Of a stretch of 64,000 nucleotides of DNA, positions 61,750 to 64,000 are shown piece by piece. Both the position numbers and the translations under genes were made by a program. The DNA comes from Vulcanimicrobiota bacterium (GTDB lineage: Bacteria > Vulcanimicrobiota > Vulcanimicrobiia > Vulcanimicrobiales > Vulcanimicrobiaceae), in contig OY970223.1 of the NCBI GenBank assembly GCA_963714015.1, positions 480,001-544,000 of the forward strand. Direction: 5' to 3'. The notes below the pieces were generated by a model, which worked only from the letters and a program-made list of their open reading frames with translations, did not search any database and had not been told where the DNA came from. Each line of letters begins with the position of its first letter. Position 1 is the stretch's first letter.

Positions 61750-62889
61750 ATGATCGGCAGCATCCGAGTTTCGCAGGAGGCATTGCAAAAAAACGCACGG
61801 GCATTGAGCGATTTAGTCGCTCCGGCCCGGTGCGCCTTCGTCGTCAAGAGCAACGCGTACGGTCACGGTTTAGTGGAAGCGGCGCGCTCGATTGAGCCCT
61901 TCGCCGTAAAGTTGTGCGTCTATTCAATCGAGGAAGCCGTCGAGCTCAGGGATGCGCACATTCAGAGCAGCATCTTCGTGATGGGGCCGATCGAAAGCGC
62001 CGATTTAGACGAAGCGCTCGCGCGAGATCTCGAAATCGCCTTGTGGGATACCGGCGGCTACTTACGCGCCGTAGGCAGCGCCGCATCGCGATGCTACAAA
62101 CGCGCTCAGGTTCACGTGAAAATCAATACCGGCGTCGCGCGTTTGGGACTAGAGCCGCAGGACGCACCCGATGCAATCGAAGACTATGTGCGCATTCCGG
62201 AACTGCAAATCGCGGGCGTCTTCTCTCATTTGGCGGCCGCCGAAGAATTGGACTCGCCTTTCACCGCACAGCAGCTCGAACGGTTCAACCGCGTGCTGCA
62301 CGGCGCCGAACCGGTTCTGCACGCTCGCGGTATTCAGCCGATCCGGCACATCGCCGCATCAGCGGCCGCGATGCTCTGGCCGCAGACGCGTCTGGACATG
62401 GTACGCATCGGAGTCGCACTCTACGGCCTTTGGCCCTCACCTCAGACCCGCGTTGCGATGAACGGCGCACAGTTACCGCTCGAGCCGGCGCTCTCGTTCG
62501 TCAGTTCGCTCGTCGCGGTACGCAACGTCGACGCCGGAACGCCGATCGGATACGGCTCGACGTATCACGTGCCGAGGGCCACCCGAATAGGCGTCGTTCC
62601 GCTCGGCTACGCGGACGGCATCCCGCGTCTGCTCTCCAATCGGGGCGCATTTTTGGTCGGCGGGAGGCGCTGCGCGATCGTGGGACGGGTGTGCATGAAC
62701 ATGACGATGATCGACCTCGGCGCCGGCAGCTCGGCAAAGCCGGGTGAGCGCGTCACGTTGCTCGGCAGCGACGGAGAAGCCCATGTCGGCCCGGACGACT
62801 GGGCGGAATGGGCAGACACGATCAATTACGAGATCGTTACACGCCTGCCCGCAGAACTTCCGCGCACCGCGGGTACGTTAGTCGTGTAA
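61750..62889 (+). CDS. alr: Alanine racemase
   Basis: VVKSNAYGHG, HVKINTG..RLG, FSHLA, MVRIG..LYG, GYADG, GRVCMN, TINYE. Confidence 0.95.
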   Translation: MIGSIRVSQEALQKNARALSDLVAPARCAFVVKSNAYGHGLVEAARSIEPFAVKLCVYSIEEAVELRDAHIQSSIFVMGPIESADLDEALARDLEIALWDTGGYLRAVGSAASRCYKRAQVHVKINTGVARLGLEPQDAPDAIEDYVRIPELQIAGVFSHLAAAEELDSPFTAQQLERFNRVLHGAEPVLHARGIQPIRHIAASAAAMLWPQTRLDMVRIGVALYGLWPSPQTRVAMNGAQLPLEPALSFVSSLVAVRNVDAGTPIGYGSTYHVPRATRIGVVPLGYADGIPRLLSNRGAFLVGGRRCAIVGRVCMNMTMIDLGAGSSAKPGERVTLLGSDGEAHVGPDDWAEWADTINYEIVTRLPAELPRTAGTLVV

Positions 62890-62890
62890 G

Positions 62891-64000
62891 ATGGTTACCG
62901 TCGCGGTAAACGATCGTCCCATCCCGGCGGTTGCAGTCGTCCGGCAGGGTCGCGTCCTTTTGCCGCTTCGCGCAACGTTTGCGGCGCTCGGGGCAACCGT
63001 GCAATACGATCCGCAACGCCGCGTCGTCGTCGCGAAAACGCTCGTGCATGCCGTCCGTTTAGAGATTGGGTCTCGCATCGCTCAGCTCGACGGCAAGACG
63101 GCGCGGCTGGACGTTCCGCCGCAGATCCTCGCGGGCGAGACATTCGTTCCGATTCGCTTCGTCGCGCAAGCATTCGGGGCGCGCGTGTCGTACGACGCGC
63201 AGGACGCTCTCGTTTCGATCGCGGTTCCCGAAGAGCTCGTCCTAAGCCGCGCGCACGTAATGGGTTTGATGCCGGCAGCCGGAGCGCAGGTTGCCACGGC
63301 GTATCCGAATATCGCTGCGTCGCTGAGCGGTGGAACCGCTGCAAACGGCGATGTCATGCTGACGGTCGACGGGAAGGACGTGACCGCGCTTTCTTCCTTC
63401 GACGGTTCCACCGTTACGTATCTGCCGCGTACGGCGCTGCCGATCGGTTCGCACACCGTGGTCTTCAGCGGAAAGGACGACGCCGGCAACACCTTCAGTT
63501 CGCAGTGGAACTTCACGACGACCAGCACGCCGCAAGCCGACGAAGGCTTACCGCTTCAGAGCTACGGCTACCAGTTTTTCTCAAACGGATCGACGTGGTT
63601 CCGCTACGGCGACTGGATGCACTTCACCCTGATCGCTCCGCCTGGCGGAAGCGCTTACCTCGAATTGTGCAATCTAGGCTACCAATACGCGCTCTGGAAC
63701 GGCGGACAAGGAACGAATTACATCGCCGACATTCCCGCGCCGTATGGCTATTCGATCTCTTCGTGTCCGGTAACGGCAGTGTATACGGCCTGGAACGGCA
63801 CGCAATACTTCGTTCCGTATCCCGTGTATGTCGGGCTCTACACCTCGCCGCAGCCGTACATCATCGGACCTGGAGCGTTCGCGACGCCAAGCCCCGTACC
63901 GCGCGCGATCGGTCTGCCGGGGGAACGGCGGCCCGTACCGTTGCAGGCTAGTCCCCTTCCCGGGCCGAGGCCGATATCGAAACCGGTCGTCAAACCGGTT
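62891..64000 (+). CDS. Copper amine oxidase N-terminal (stalk)-like domain protein; runs off window
   Basis: Read manually from ATG 62891 with no stop to the window end: GRVLLPLRATFAALGATVQYD...LDVPPQILAGETFVPIRFVAQAFGARVSYD, then Ig-like domain. Confidence 0.85.
   Translation, partial: MVTVAVNDRPIPAVAVVRQGRVLLPLRATFAALGATVQYDPQRRVVVAKTLVHAVRLEIGSRIAQLDGKTARLDVPPQILAGETFVPIRFVAQAFGARVSYDAQDALVSIAVPEELVLSRAHVMGLMPAAGAQVATAYPNIAASLSGGTAANGDVMLTVDGKDVTALSSFDGSTVTYLPRTALPIGSHTVVFSGKDDAGNTFSSQWNFTTTSTPQADEGLPLQSYGYQFFSNGSTWFRYGDWMHFTLIAPPGGSAYLELCNLGYQYALWNGGQGTNYIADIPAPYGYSISSCPVTAVYTAWNGTQYFVPYPVYVGLYTSPQPYIIGPGAFATPSPVPRAIGLPGERRPVPLQASPLPGPRPISKPVVKPV

Overview
GC-rich bacterial chromosomal window with about 60 genes, mostly housekeeping and metabolic. 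I found no rRNA, tRNA, CRISPR array, transposase or phage genes. Housekeeping genes: glmU, gltX, uppS, infC-rpmI-rplT, pheST, groES-groEL, hsp20-lon and alr. Metabolic genes: a split B12-dependent acyl-CoA mutase with isobutyryl-CoA-mutase signature residues plus MeaB, the glyoxylate shunt (aceA/aceB), rocD, glpK/glpD and a selenocysteine-encoding selD with a SECIS. Also present are many secreted peptidases/hydrolases (2x S53, S41 tricorn, M61, 2x serine hydrolase), a TonB-dependent receptor, a LytS/LytTR pair and an ECF sigma/anti-sigma pair. Outer-membrane genes occur together with Firmicute-like regulatory features (CIRCE, L20-leader-like attenuator, YqzL-like peptide), suggesting a diderm Terrabacterium such as Eremiobacterota/Vulcanimicrobiota (inference only). 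Most notable: (1) 11 genes, including essential ones, carry single-base frameshifts, and 9 of these sit on or beside an AGCT motif, four as the identical CAGCT->CAGACT insertion. This is most likely the footprint of a DNA modification in a long-read assembly. (2) A ~390-bp structured tandem repeat with terminal inverted repeats fills the whole divergent intergenic region between a class V aminotransferase and selD. (3) The mutase/MeaB locus contains an unexplained 48-aa microprotein and two secreted paralogues.
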